Below are positions 19,915 to 29,118 of a stretch of 64,000 nucleotides of DNA, in pieces. The stretch is taken from IMG/VR virus record IMGVR_UViG_3300029288_000155; one strand, written 5' to 3'. Made by a program: the position numbers and the translations under genes. Each line of letters begins with the position of its first letter. The stretch's first letter is position 1. Origin of the DNA: an uncultured virus (IMG/VR IMGVR_UViG_3300029288_000155). Lineage: Duplodnaviria; Heunggongvirae; Uroviricota; Caudoviricetes. The notes under the pieces were generated by a model. It worked only from the letters and a program-made list of their open reading frames with translations. It had not been told where the DNA came from and ran no database searches.

Positions 19915-20010
19915 TTTCTTGTCCAGTTCAAAGGACTTTTTCCAGGATAAAAAAATCACATTTTTACTTGTAAATTTGATGTAAACTTTTTATTTTTTAA
20001 GGAATTTATT

Positions 20011-20214
20011 ATGAAAGCAAATAATTGTAATTGCGGAAATGACAGGGATTATCATAGTGATATGTGTGACAAATGTAGGGAATTGGCAGATATTTTTTTA
20101 TGGCACGAAAGTGAAAAACATACGGCGGCGTTTTGGGACTGTCCTATATGCAAAGAGCATATTACTCCAGATTTGAGAGCCCACAAAGAGAAACATCCAT
20201 CTTTTTTAGAATAA
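20011..20214 (+). CDS. Small Cys/His-rich zinc-binding protein
   Basis: CNC, CDKC, CPIC, HxxxxH. Confidence 0.7.
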   Translation: MKANNCNCGNDRDYHSDMCDKCRELADIFLWHESEKHTAAFWDCPICKEHITPDLRAHKEKHPSFLE

Positions 20215-20355
20215 TAATTTTTGAATAAGGAAACAAGTGGAACTATCCATCATTCTTTAATATATTGCATATATGTAGAAATAGATATTTTCCAGGATCA
20301 AAAAAGTACATTTTCTATTGTGTTTTTAATGTAAATTTTTATAAGGAACAAAAAA

Positions 20356-20517
20356 ATGAGTGAGTATTTTGAATGTCCTATCTGTGGCGAATCGGTGGTA
20401 AACGGGGAATGTGTAGAATGTGATTATACGGCGGATATGTCAGACGATGAGATTGAGGCGTACCGTGACGACTTTGAACGGGCTTTTGAAAGCGAAACTG
20501 TCTTATGTGAATGTTAA
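20356..20517 (+). CDS. Small acidic zinc-ribbon protein (53 aa)
   Basis: CPIC/CVEC; leader nearly identical to that of 19648. Confidence 0.7.
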   Translation: MSEYFECPICGESVVNGECVECDYTADMSDDEIEAYRDDFERAFESETVLCEC

Positions 20518-20648
20518 GTTATAGGAAGGGGTAGGGGCGTGAGCAAAGGTCTCCCCCCTATTCTTTCCAGGATAAAAAAAACATAACATTGTATATGAAA
20601 GAAAAACAAAAGTAAAGAAAAAAATAACCTAGGTAAAAAGATAGTTAG

Positions 20649-20687
20649 TATAAGCCCTATCCATACGGAGGGCTTATATTTTTTTTT
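20649..20687 (+). terminator. Rho-independent terminator closing the TCCAGG region
   Basis: TATAAGCCCT / AGGGCTTATA stem plus T9. Confidence 0.8.
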
Positions 20688-20863
20688 GATTTGCGCATAC
20701 CCCCTCCCCTATCCCCCACGATCTTTTACCTTTTTTTTATTTATGGGACTCCCAAAAAGTGCTTTTTGATCATAGAAAAATTTTTGGCTCAAAAATAATA
20801 AGATTTTATTTAATACTCCGTATATATACTAGTTGGTTTAAAATAATAAAATATATTTTTTTA

Positions 20864-20892
20864 TTGACATATTTTTATTCTTTTTGTATTCT
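20864..20892 (+). promoter_or_regulatory. Canonical sigma70-type promoter
   Basis: TTGACA-N17-TATTCT. Confidence 0.7.
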
Positions 20893-20910
20893 AATTAAGG
20901 TGTTTAATAG

Positions 20911-21063
20911 ATTGATATATTTTTATATTATAGAAAGGACTTAGAACATGCACAAATCACTTACAAATTATTTTGTAAATACTTTTTCTTTAAAGAAGAA
21001 AGTATTTTAAAAAATAAAAAACAAAATAAGCTTAAATTAACAACTATTTTAGATTTAGATTAA
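20911..21063 (+). CDS. Small protein ending ILDLD (possible ATT start)
   Basis: 50-codon open frame after AAGGTG; same C-terminal motif as the 23937-25216 genes. Confidence 0.4.
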   Translation: MDIFLYYRKDLEHAQITYKLFCKYFFFKEESILKNKKQNKLKLTTILDLD

Positions 21064-21079
21064 TTAGGAGATTAATGAT

Positions 21080-21445
21080 ATGCCAGATAGTTCATTAAAA
21101 ATAGAAAAATTAATTAAAACATGGTGTTTTGAGAAAGACAAAATAATTTGTTTTAGAGAGTATTGTAGCCAATCAAATTACCATAACATTTATATAATCA
21201 CTGGACTTCGTCAAGAAGCAAATGGTGATTTAATCCTTTTATTTGACAGGGAAGGTCATTGCAAAGAGCAAAGACTATATTTAAATTCAGATTTAAAAGA
21301 AGATATAGATATTTGGGAAAGAATTGAGGTTTATGAAAGAAAAGACGGATATTTTTTAAATTCTACTGGTTATGATGTTTCAACAAGAGATACATATAAT
21401 AATTTTTTAGGAATTAGGAATGGATATAAATATGAAAATCAATAA
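21080..21445 (+). CDS. Hypothetical protein, paralog of 2344..2631
   Basis: AGGAG RBS; shared motifs. Confidence 0.7.
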   Translation: MPDSSLKIEKLIKTWCFEKDKIICFREYCSQSNYHNIYIITGLRQEANGDLILLFDREGHCKEQRLYLNSDLKEDIDIWERIEVYERKDGYFLNSTGYDVSTRDTYNNFLGIRNGYKYENQ

Positions 21446-21521
21446 AGAAGATTTAGATTTATGTATTAAAAAATTACCTGCGACCCTGACATACTCCCCC
21501 GAATAAATTCGGGGGGTTCTT

Positions 21522-22754
21522 CTAATTAAATAAATAATTAGACAATCGAGGAAAGAACTTTATTCCTCTTGGCGGTGTCAGACCGCCAACTACGTTAGAA
21601 CTCATTTTTTCTAACGATACATTTTTAGATAAATTCCAAATATTTATACTTCCTACTCCATCTCTATCAAATTTAAAATTACAATTAGAACAAATATAAC
21701 TTCTATTTTTTGCAACATTAAGAGAATTACATTTAGGACAAGTTTTACTTGTGTAGGGTTCTGGCACAACCTCAGTTGTGCCTCCTGCATTATCAAACAT
21801 GTCTATAATATAATTTTTTAATATTTGTTCTGGAAATTGATTTCTCATTTGTGTAGTTTTTTTGTCTTTATTTATTAATTTATGAATTCCATCACATTTT
21901 CCTATAGTTATTTTAGAAATTTTGTTTTTAACACAATAATTAACAATATATCTAGAATATTTTTTTAATATATCTGTATTTTTATTTTTTATTCTCCTAT
22001 TTATTTTACGTTGAGATCGTTTAATTTTCTTATATTTTCTACTATGTTTAGTTAGTTTAGATAACTTTGATTGAGTTTTTACTTGTAATTTATTTTTTAA
22101 TCTTATATTAGACTGAATAATTTTTCCATTAAAAGTTAAGGTATTTTTACCATCAAATATAGTAGCTATTCTTTTAATTCCTAAATCTATTCCTAATTCT
22201 TTATTTTTATCACAAGGATATATTTCATGAATAGTATTAAAAACACAAGAAAGTTTCCAACCATAACTAGGTTTATAAGAAATTATACAAAAATGAGGAA
22301 TAGGTAAATCTTTATTCCATTTAAATTTTAATGGTTCTGTTTGTTTTCTAAGAGATAAAAGTAAATGCCTTTTTTTATATCTTATAGCTGATTTTTTAAA
22401 GAATATAGCACATATTTCTTTATCTTCCATAGGAGGCAAAGGAATATTAAAATCAAATTTTTTAGGATTTTTTTCATATTCTTTTAACATTTCAAAATAA
22501 GTTTTTCTAGCTTTGGTATATTGTTGAATAGAAGCTATTTTACTATCAGAATGAAGATTAGATTTTTCATATTTATAATATATTTTCTTTTGTATATCAA
22601 ATGCTGATAATGTTTTTTGTTCTTTTTCATATACTTGTATAGATAAATTTTTAGAATCATTATAGATAGAGGCAGCTTCTTTAGCTAAATTCCAAAGAAT
22701 TAGATTTTTATCTTGAATGAAGAAATTATAAGTTTTAGTTATTGTTTTTTCCAT
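21522..22754 (-). CDS. tnpB: RNA-guided endonuclease TnpB
   Basis: GIDLG (RuvC-I), EPYTSKTCPKC...CSNC zinc finger, DRDGVGSINI (RuvC-III). Confidence 0.92.
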   Translation of the reverse strand: MEKTITKTYNFFIQDKNLILWNLAKEAASIYNDSKNLSIQVYEKEQKTLSAFDIQKKIYYKYEKSNLHSDSKIASIQQYTKARKTYFEMLKEYEKNPKKFDFNIPLPPMEDKEICAIFFKKSAIRYKKRHLLLSLRKQTEPLKFKWNKDLPIPHFCIISYKPSYGWKLSCVFNTIHEIYPCDKNKELGIDLGIKRIATIFDGKNTLTFNGKIIQSNIRLKNKLQVKTQSKLSKLTKHSRKYKKIKRSQRKINRRIKNKNTDILKKYSRYIVNYCVKNKISKITIGKCDGIHKLINKDKKTTQMRNQFPEQILKNYIIDMFDNAGGTTEVVPEPYTSKTCPKCNSLNVAKNRSYICSNCNFKFDRDGVGSINIWNLSKNVSLEKMSSNVVGGLTPPRGIKFFPRLSNYLFN

Positions 22755-23134
22755 TGAGATTCTATATAATTTTTAACCGTATTTTCAGATATATTTCCTA
22801 TTGATGATACAAAAAAGCTTCTAGTCCATAAAGTTGACATTTTCAATAGTTCTGGAAATTTAGATCTAAGTTCGTTAGAACTTCTTCCTTTAATTAGTTT
22901 CATAAATTTTTGTACAGATATTTTATAATCTAAAGAAATTAATAAATGAACATGATTAGGCATAACTTCTAAAGATTTAATTGTGCAATTATTTTGATTA
23001 GATATAGAATTAATAATTTCTGTTAATTTTTCTTTAATTTCGTTAACTAGTAGATTTTTTCTATATTTAGGACACCATATTATATGATATTGTAATAAAT
23101 ATACATGTTTGTCTGTTTTTTTATAATTGTCCAT
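22739..23134 (-). CDS. tnpA: Y1 HUH transposase TnpA
   Basis: YHIIWCPKYR, HVH (HUH), KGRSS, LWTRSFF, YIESQ. Confidence 0.95.
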   Translation of the reverse strand: MDNYKKTDKHVYLLQYHIIWCPKYRKNLLVNEIKEKLTEIINSISNQNNCTIKSLEVMPNHVHLLISLDYKISVQKFMKLIKGRSSNELRSKFPELLKMSTLWTRSFFVSSIGNISENTVKNYIESQWKKQ

Positions 23135-23443
23135 TTTTTTCCTTTTAGATATTTTTTCACATATCTATTATAGTATTTATATATAATATCGTAAAATCCT
23201 TTAAAAAAATAAATATTTTTCTTGCTTTTTATAATATTTTTTAGTATATTCTATTTTGTAAAGGCATCAATTCCTCCCCCGATTGAAATCGGGGGCTTCC
23301 TTGATGCAAACAATGTGATTTATCACAATTATTAGCAAGGTATTATTCTGAATTGCAGGGATTGGATGATAGTGGAAGGTCTGATTTATTGTATAAAATA
23401 CAAGATCAATTAACAAGTAAGTTTACTGATTTCTACGGACCTA

Positions 23444-23797
23444 ATGGAAAATAAAAGAGAAATAATGAATTTATCTGATTTATCCGAAATAAATAAAACA
23501 TTTTTTAAAAATAAATTTAATATAAAAATTTTAAAAAATAAAGATATATTTATTTTTAAAAAATGCGAGATTTCAGATTATTGTTTTTATTCAGATTCTT
23601 TTAAGTTCGAAGTAAATGGTCTTTGCAGTAATATTTATTTAAAAAATAATATAGAAATAAATCTTCAGGATAAGATTATTGTATATAAATCAGTTGAAAT
23701 AGATAATTTTTTAGAAGATTATTATATAGAAAAAGATAATGATTTTGGTTTTTCTTCGTATTATTTTAATGATACTGAGTGTTCGATTTTTTCTTGA
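23444..23797 (+). CDS. Hypothetical protein
   Basis: 117-aa ORF. Confidence 0.55.
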   Translation: MENKREIMNLSDLSEINKTFFKNKFNIKILKNKDIFIFKKCEISDYCFYSDSFKFEVNGLCSNIYLKNNIEINLQDKIIVYKSVEIDNFLEDYYIEKDNDFGFSSYYFNDTECSIFS

Positions 23798-23936
23798 AAA
23801 TATCAATTAGATGGAATTTGTAAAAACTTTAACTCCTTAAATTATTCCTTTTTTTCTAATAGTTTTTTCCTTTCTTTTGATTGTTATTCTGTAAAAAAAG
23901 TATATAAAAATAATAATAAAATAGTTTTATTGGATT

Positions 23937-25216
23937 TTGAGGAATAAAATTTTGAATATTGTAGAAAAAAAAATAATTATAGACATAAGACAAATTTTAT
24001 TACAAGATAAATTAGAAATGGTATTTAACCTTAATGAAACTAATTTTTATTTTTATGATCAAAGAATAGATGATTGTAATAGTAATAATGATATATTTGA
24101 AATACAATTTGATAATAGTAATCATTGGGATAATAATAATTGTATTAAAAATAATCAAATAGGTTGTTTTGGGATAGACAGAAAAGGATATATTAAAACA
24201 AAAGAATATATGTTTGATATCTTTATTACAAACTTTAAAATAGATAGTAGAGAAATGTCTATAAGAGATTGTATGATTTACGAAATGTCTTTTATAATAG
24301 AAAAAATAAATAATATAGAAGATTCTACTTATCAGGAATTTGAAAAAGAAGAAACAAGAGAATTTACTATTGCGGACTTATTAGATTTAGATTAACAAAA
24401 ATATGCAAGAAAAATTAATAGATATTTTTAAAAATTATAATTTTTATGAAACAGTTTTAGAGATAGATACAATAAAATATGTTTTTAATGATTGTTATTA
24501 TCTTTTTAGTAAAGATAATACATATAATGTTTTATCATTATTTGTAAAAAATGATTTCTCATATAACAAAAACGAATCTATTTTTTATAATATAGATAAT
24601 CCTAGTGATATAGATAGTTATTTATGTCATTTTTATTCTAAGGAATATATTGTTAAAGGTTTTTTAATAAAAGTAATTCCATCTAATGAATTCACAAAAG
24701 ATTCAAATGGAAATATACTTCATAAATTAGATATATTTTTTGATTTAGATAAGATTAAAGATATTAGAAATGGAAATTTAAAATTAATAGATTTATTGGA
24801 TTTAGATTAAAATGTTTCAAGAAGAGCAAATATATTATCATTTAAAAAATAATATTTGGAATTTAGAATTAGATAATGCAGAAATAATATTTAATAATAT
24901 AAAATTTGTTGCTGTAGAAGATTTAAGAAAAACAGAAGAAGGGTCACAGATATATAGGATATACGGAGATATTCCAACAGATATTGGATATGAATTTAGT
25001 ATTTGGGATGAACCAACATTATTTCCTAAAATTGGACATTTGATTTCTTTAGACCAAAGATATTTATTAAGATGTGCTTTTTTATATATTGATATATCTG
25101 AAAAAAGTTGTATATGTAATTTAAATTTAATTAAAGGGGTAGAATATGAGATTGACGATAAAATAGAAAAAGATAAAGAAATTATAACATTTTTAGATTT
25201 ATTGGATATTGATTAA
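23937..25216 (+). CDS. Three tandem hypothetical genes (23937..24395, 24403..24810, 24812..25216), each ending DLLD(L/I)D
   Basis: C-termini IADLLDLD, LIDLLDLD, FLDLLDID. Confidence 0.7.
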
Positions 25217-25531
25217 TTTCAGAATATCTTCTTCTTTTGCATTAATTGCTTGTAATATTACATTTAGGGGTTTATTTAGAATTTTAGCTGCTAAGTATCT
25301 GTGATGTCCATCTTGTATAATAATTTTTCCATCAGAGAATAAAGAAGCATTAATAGGTTCAGATAAATCTATAGTTTTTGCCCATTCAATGGGGGAGAGT
25401 TTGCTATATTTTTGAGATGTTATCGCTCCGTTTATTTCTTCTTTATTTAATGGAATTAAATAAGAGGGATGAATTTTAGTAATTTGTTTTACTATCCCGT
25501 GATATTTTTGAGCTATTTTATACCAGTTCAT
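25199..25531 (-). CDS. MNWYK-tagged ParB/Sulfiredoxin-like domain protein
   Basis: Start reassigned to MNWYKIAQ; EPI...IIIQDGHHRYLAA. Confidence 0.8.
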   Translation of the reverse strand: MNWYKIAQKYHGIVKQITKIHPSYLIPLNKEEINGAITSQKYSKLSPIEWAKTIDLSEPINASLFSDGKIIIQDGHHRYLAAKILNKPLNVILQAINAKEEDILKLINIQ

Positions 25532-26201
25532 TATTATTTTCTCTTTTTTCATCCTTATTAATATCTACTCTTTTTTCACCCTTATTAATATCTAACTGTT
25601 CATCTTCTCCAACAATTTGTTTAGATATTGTTTTTATTACAGATGGATTAAAGATAATATAATGAACAACTCCATTTGTTCTCGGAATAATAATTCCATC
25701 GTATCCTAATTTTACCATATTTTGTAAATAATCTATTGGTTTATACCTATAATGATCTATCCATACTTGTTGGAAAGCATCATTGGGATTTTTACTATAA
25801 TTAATTATGTCATTAAATGCTTTTATGAAAGCTGGATATGGTTTTTCCCCCCAATTACTTATAGAGCTTTCATAGAATTCTTCAATTTCTATTTTTAAAA
25901 TATCTTTTTCTGAATTAATTCCCATAGACCAAAGTAACAACTGCTTTATTTCTTTTTGAGGTATTTTTCCACTTATTTTAACAACTTTATTTAAATTTAA
26001 ATCAACTGTAAAAATAGTTGAAGTTCCTTTTCCTGGTTTTAATACAGCATAAGACATAGCATCTTCGATATCATTAGTAAAATAAATTCCAGGTCCCTCC
26101 TGAGAAAAGCCCTGTCCGGCCCCTGAAATATTCCATTCTATATTCAATGTCATTGTTCCATGGTATGCCCTTATTGTTTGTGCTATTTTATACCAATTCA
26201 T
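25518..26201 (-). CDS. MNWYK-tagged ADP-ribosyltransferase-like protein
   Basis: AYHGT, GPGIYFT...AxxYA, GYDGII...IIFNP. Confidence 0.72.
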   Translation of the reverse strand: MNWYKIAQTIRAYHGTMTLNIEWNISGAGQGFSQEGPGIYFTNDIEDAMSYAVLKPGKGTSTIFTVDLNLNKVVKISGKIPQKEIKQLLLWSMGINSEKDILKIEIEEFYESSISNWGEKPYPAFIKAFNDIINYSKNPNDAFQQVWIDHYRYKPIDYLQNMVKLGYDGIIIPRTNGVVHYIIFNPSVIKTISKQIVGEDEQLDINKGEKRVDINKDEKRENNNELV

Positions 26202-26856
26202 TTATATTCTCATTAATAGGGATTAAAACCTTAGGATTTATTATTACAACTTCGGGAAATTCTCCAGCAGCGTCCATTCTATATATTACATCGTATTGTT
26301 GAGCCGATTGGTTCCAATCGTCATTTTGATGTTTTTGTGTAAAATCTTTTTCATTAATTACTTTTGCATTTTTATCTATTTTAGCTTCAATAACTTGGCT
26401 ACTTGGTTTTACTCCATCCATAGTGGAATATTCCTCAGCCTCTTCTTTTATAGATGTAAAATATAGTCCTTTAAATCTATTTCCTATACTTGGAAAGTTT
26501 TTACTATTATAATTTAAATTTAAATTATTAATATTTGCTCCTGGAGAAGAAGTTCCATGGTAAATAACAACGTCTTTTATATCTGTTGGTACGTTTTTTT
26601 CTTTTATTGTCCATTTATTTTTATTTTCTGGCGCAAAATAATTTGCTCTTAGATTTGGGATAATTTTGACTTGTTGTCCATCATTATAATATATATATCC
26701 GTCTCCTCCTTCATGGTATCCGATAGGAAGTTTTTCTTGGTAAAATAGTTCCATCATAGATTGAGGATCTGAATGAGTATGTTTTTCCCCATAAGTATTT
26801 AGCTGTCTTTCTATTTCTTGTAAATTATTTATTTGAGCTATTTTGTACCAATTCAT
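26188..26856 (-). CDS. MNWYK-tagged ADP-ribosyltransferase-like protein
   Basis: IYHGTS, GLYFTS...AEEY, YDVI...PEVVIINP (H-Y-E-like triad). Confidence 0.72.
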   Translation of the reverse strand: MNWYKIAQINNLQEIERQLNTYGEKHTHSDPQSMMELFYQEKLPIGYHEGGDGYIYYNDGQQVKIIPNLRANYFAPENKNKWTIKEKNVPTDIKDVVIYHGTSSPGANINNLNLNYNSKNFPSIGNRFKGLYFTSIKEEAEEYSTMDGVKPSSQVIEAKIDKNAKVINEKDFTQKHQNDDWNQSAQQYDVIYRMDAAGEFPEVVIINPKVLIPINENINELV

Positions 26857-27277
26857 TATTATCCCTTATATTTTGTGGAATTTGATTAATCCATTTTTCT
26901 TGGGTATAATCATAAATTTCTCCTGACGGAGATATTCCAAATGCATTATAAATATTATGTAGTTTTCTTATATAAAAACCAGAGCCTTTTCCTCTTTGTT
27001 TTGCAAAGTCTCTAGCATCGGCATATTCCTTATCTAAAACAATTTTTAAGTCATTTATCGTTTGGTCGTCTACTTTGCCTCTCCAAGCCCTTCCAGCGGC
27101 GTTCTCGCTTATAATATCGTTCCCAGCATGAGTTGTAACTCTTTGAATTAAAGTCAAAACAGAGATAGGATATTGTTTAGCTTTATAATCTCTAAAAACA
27201 TCAACAAAATCTTTAACTGTATTTATTGAAAGTTTTATATCTTTTTTATTAATTTGTGCGGCTTTATACCAATTCAT
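26825..27277 (-). CDS. MNWYK-tagged hypothetical protein
   Basis: MNWYKAAQ start. Confidence 0.75.
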   Translation of the reverse strand: MNWYKAAQINKKDIKLSINTVKDFVDVFRDYKAKQYPISVLTLIQRVTTHAGNDIISENAAGRAWRGKVDDQTINDLKIVLDKEYADARDFAKQRGKGSGFYIRKLHNIYNAFGISPSGEIYDYTQEKWINQIPQNIRDNNELVQNSSNK

Positions 27278-28199
27278 TCACATTTTCTCCTAAAATAATT
27301 TTATTTCCATATAGTTTTTTTACATCTTGTATATATTTTTGTAATGCATTGTCATTATTATTGTATTTTATATTTATTTTTGTGTATTCTGTAGAGTACC
27401 TATCTATTATCAAAGTTGAAACAACTTCTATTCTATTTTTTCCTTTATATGAAATGTTATTAATATTTCGAACATTATATGTATGTATATTATTCATATT
27501 TGATGTAAATCTATGGGATTTTGTTATAAACCTATCAAAAGATTGACGAAAATCTTCTACAGATTGACTAACTTTTAGATTTTTAGTAAAGGGGTATGAT
27601 TCAAAAAAGCTTTTAGGATCATATAGTATATTGTTTATATTTTCTACTGCAATAGATAATTCTTTAATAACAAATTTTTTAATAAAATCTTCTATATAAG
27701 GATATAGATTATTATAAACTCTTTCATCGAATCCTGGGTGTCTTTTTTTTATAATTTCTTCAACATATTTTTTTATAGCTATGTCTATATTTGGAAAATT
27801 ATTTTTTATCCATTCGGCATACCCATACAGTCCTTGAGATTTGACCACTTTATTAACAATAACTGACGGATTGATTACTAGATCTTCATCTATTAAAATA
27901 TTAGGAGAAGTATCTTCTATTTTTACAACTGCAATTACAATTTCATTATCTTTTATATCATATTTATAAGATGCTGTTTTTCCAGAAGAAATAGCTATTT
28001 GTAAATTTTCTGTTAGATAAGTTCCAGTATAACTTTCAAGACTTCTTAATTTATTTTCGTTTTCAAAATTATTATCATAAATCTTTTTTTTATAATTAAC
28101 TAATCCCTCAGAAAGAATAGAGGATAAATTATTGAGACTAGTCCCATGATATAAATATCTTACTTCTGCATATTTAATTAGTTTTTTATACCAGTTCAT
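27264..28199 (-). CDS. MNWYK-tagged ADP-ribosyltransferase-like protein
   Basis: LYHGTSLNNLSSILSEGL and GTYLT. Confidence 0.7.
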   Translation of the reverse strand: MNWYKKLIKYAEVRYLYHGTSLNNLSSILSEGLVNYKKKIYDNNFENENKLRSLESYTGTYLTENLQIAISSGKTASYKYDIKDNEIVIAVVKIEDTSPNILIDEDLVINPSVIVNKVVKSQGLYGYAEWIKNNFPNIDIAIKKYVEEIIKKRHPGFDERVYNNLYPYIEDFIKKFVIKELSIAVENINNILYDPKSFFESYPFTKNLKVSQSVEDFRQSFDRFITKSHRFTSNMNNIHTYNVRNINNISYKGKNRIEVVSTLIIDRYSTEYTKINIKYNNNDNALQKYIQDVKKLYGNKIILGENVNELV

Positions 28200-28275
28200 A
28201 TTAAATCCTTAAAAAATTATATTTATATTTAATTATTTTTGTATAAATATCCTTGTTTTTAAGAATTAATAGATT

Positions 28276-29115
28276 TTAGATTTGATAATCAAAATTAGAT
28301 ATTAAAAGCTCTGTTTTTGAATTTGCCCCATTTATAGTACATTTCATTGATATTTCTTTAATATTTGCCCATTCATATAGAGTTTTTATGTAGGGATTGT
28401 TATCATATGATAATAACCATTTATTTTTGCTTTTTTTTAACAGTTCTTGTAATCGAATATGGTCTTTTTCTAAAAAACCGCAAATATAAAGAGAATTTCC
28501 TTGTTCATAATAGGGTGGATCTAAATAATAAAAACTATTATAATTTTCTCCAAACGATAAGACATCTTCAAAGTCTTTATTTTGGATATCATCACTTATA
28601 ATATTTTTTTTAGATAATAACTTATATATTTTTTGTATATTTTTAATTATATTATTAGGATTCCATCTGCACCCTACAGAATAAGAAGATTTTTGATTTT
28701 TTCCTCCTATAGGTCCTCCTGCTTTTAATCCTAATCCAGAATATGAGAATTGATGAATAGCTATTTTCATTACAGCTATTTCTACTGTAGAAAAATTTTG
28801 TAATAAAAAATCATTATCATTAGATAGTTTTTGTTTTATAGTATAAAATGCCTCTACTGAGGGCACAATTTTATTTATTTCAGATATTAAGATATCTATA
28901 TTTTCTATTATAGATCTCCAAATACAAACTATTCCTAAGTCTTTATCATTTAATAAATAATAATTAAAATTAGATATTTCTATAATAGAAGAAGCTATTG
29001 AGCCAGCCCCTAAAAAAGGTTCTATATATAGTTGATTATTATCTTCATAAGATGATTGAATTATAGGGATAATGTGTTTTTTTAATTTTGTCTTTCCGCC
29101 TGGGTATCTTATCAT
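28276..29115 (-). CDS. Dam-family (D12 class) DNA adenine methyltransferase
   Basis: RYPGGK, EPFLGAG, LNDKD, YLDPPY, WLLSYD. Confidence 0.92.
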   Translation of the reverse strand: MIRYPGGKTKLKKHIIPIIQSSYEDNNQLYIEPFLGAGSIASSIIEISNFNYYLLNDKDLGIVCIWRSIIENIDILISEINKIVPSVEAFYTIKQKLSNDNDFLLQNFSTVEIAVMKIAIHQFSYSGLGLKAGGPIGGKNQKSSYSVGCRWNPNNIIKNIQKIYKLLSKKNIISDDIQNKDFEDVLSFGENYNSFYYLDPPYYEQGNSLYICGFLEKDHIRLQELLKKSKNKWLLSYDNNPYIKTLYEWANIKEISMKCTINGANSKTELLISNFDYQI

Positions 29116-29118
29116 ATT

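Larger units (their letters stand above)
97..20595 (+). promoter_or_regulatory. Dispersed family of about 40 promoter-like elements TCCAGG(AT)-N17-TAtRnT(GT), each typically followed by an AAGGA RBS and one small ORF
   Basis: TCCAGGAT or a one-base variant starts at 97, 1310, 2799, 3222, 4121, 4793, 5748, 6000, 6597, 7244, 7715, 8531, 9050, 9368, 9751, 10442, 11726, 12244, 12489, 13038, 13405, 13736, 14172, 14899, 15261, 15718, 16529, 16840, 17108, 17340, 17642, 18183, 18378, 18613, 18906, 19305, 19583, 19941, 20291, 20566. All are on + strand. Most have a -10-like hexamer (TATATT, TATAGT, TATGAT, TATGTT, TACGAT) exactly 17 nt after TCCAGG. Confidence 0.88.
21486..23314 (-). mobile_element. 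IS200/IS605-family element (tnpA-tnpB)
   Basis: tnpA and tnpB overlap; subterminal hairpins at 21496-21515 (right end) and 23276-23295 (left end); ends inferred from IS608-type guide/cleavage pairing (GAAC-TCAG, GAAG-TCAC). Confidence 0.9.

Noticed and set aside
97..20595. TCCAGGAT repeats as a CRISPR array or integron attC sites
   Set aside because: The core is only 8 nt, spacing is gene-sized and irregular, and there is no cas or integrase gene and no attC-like long palindrome. The fixed 17-nt distance to a -10 box fits a promoter.
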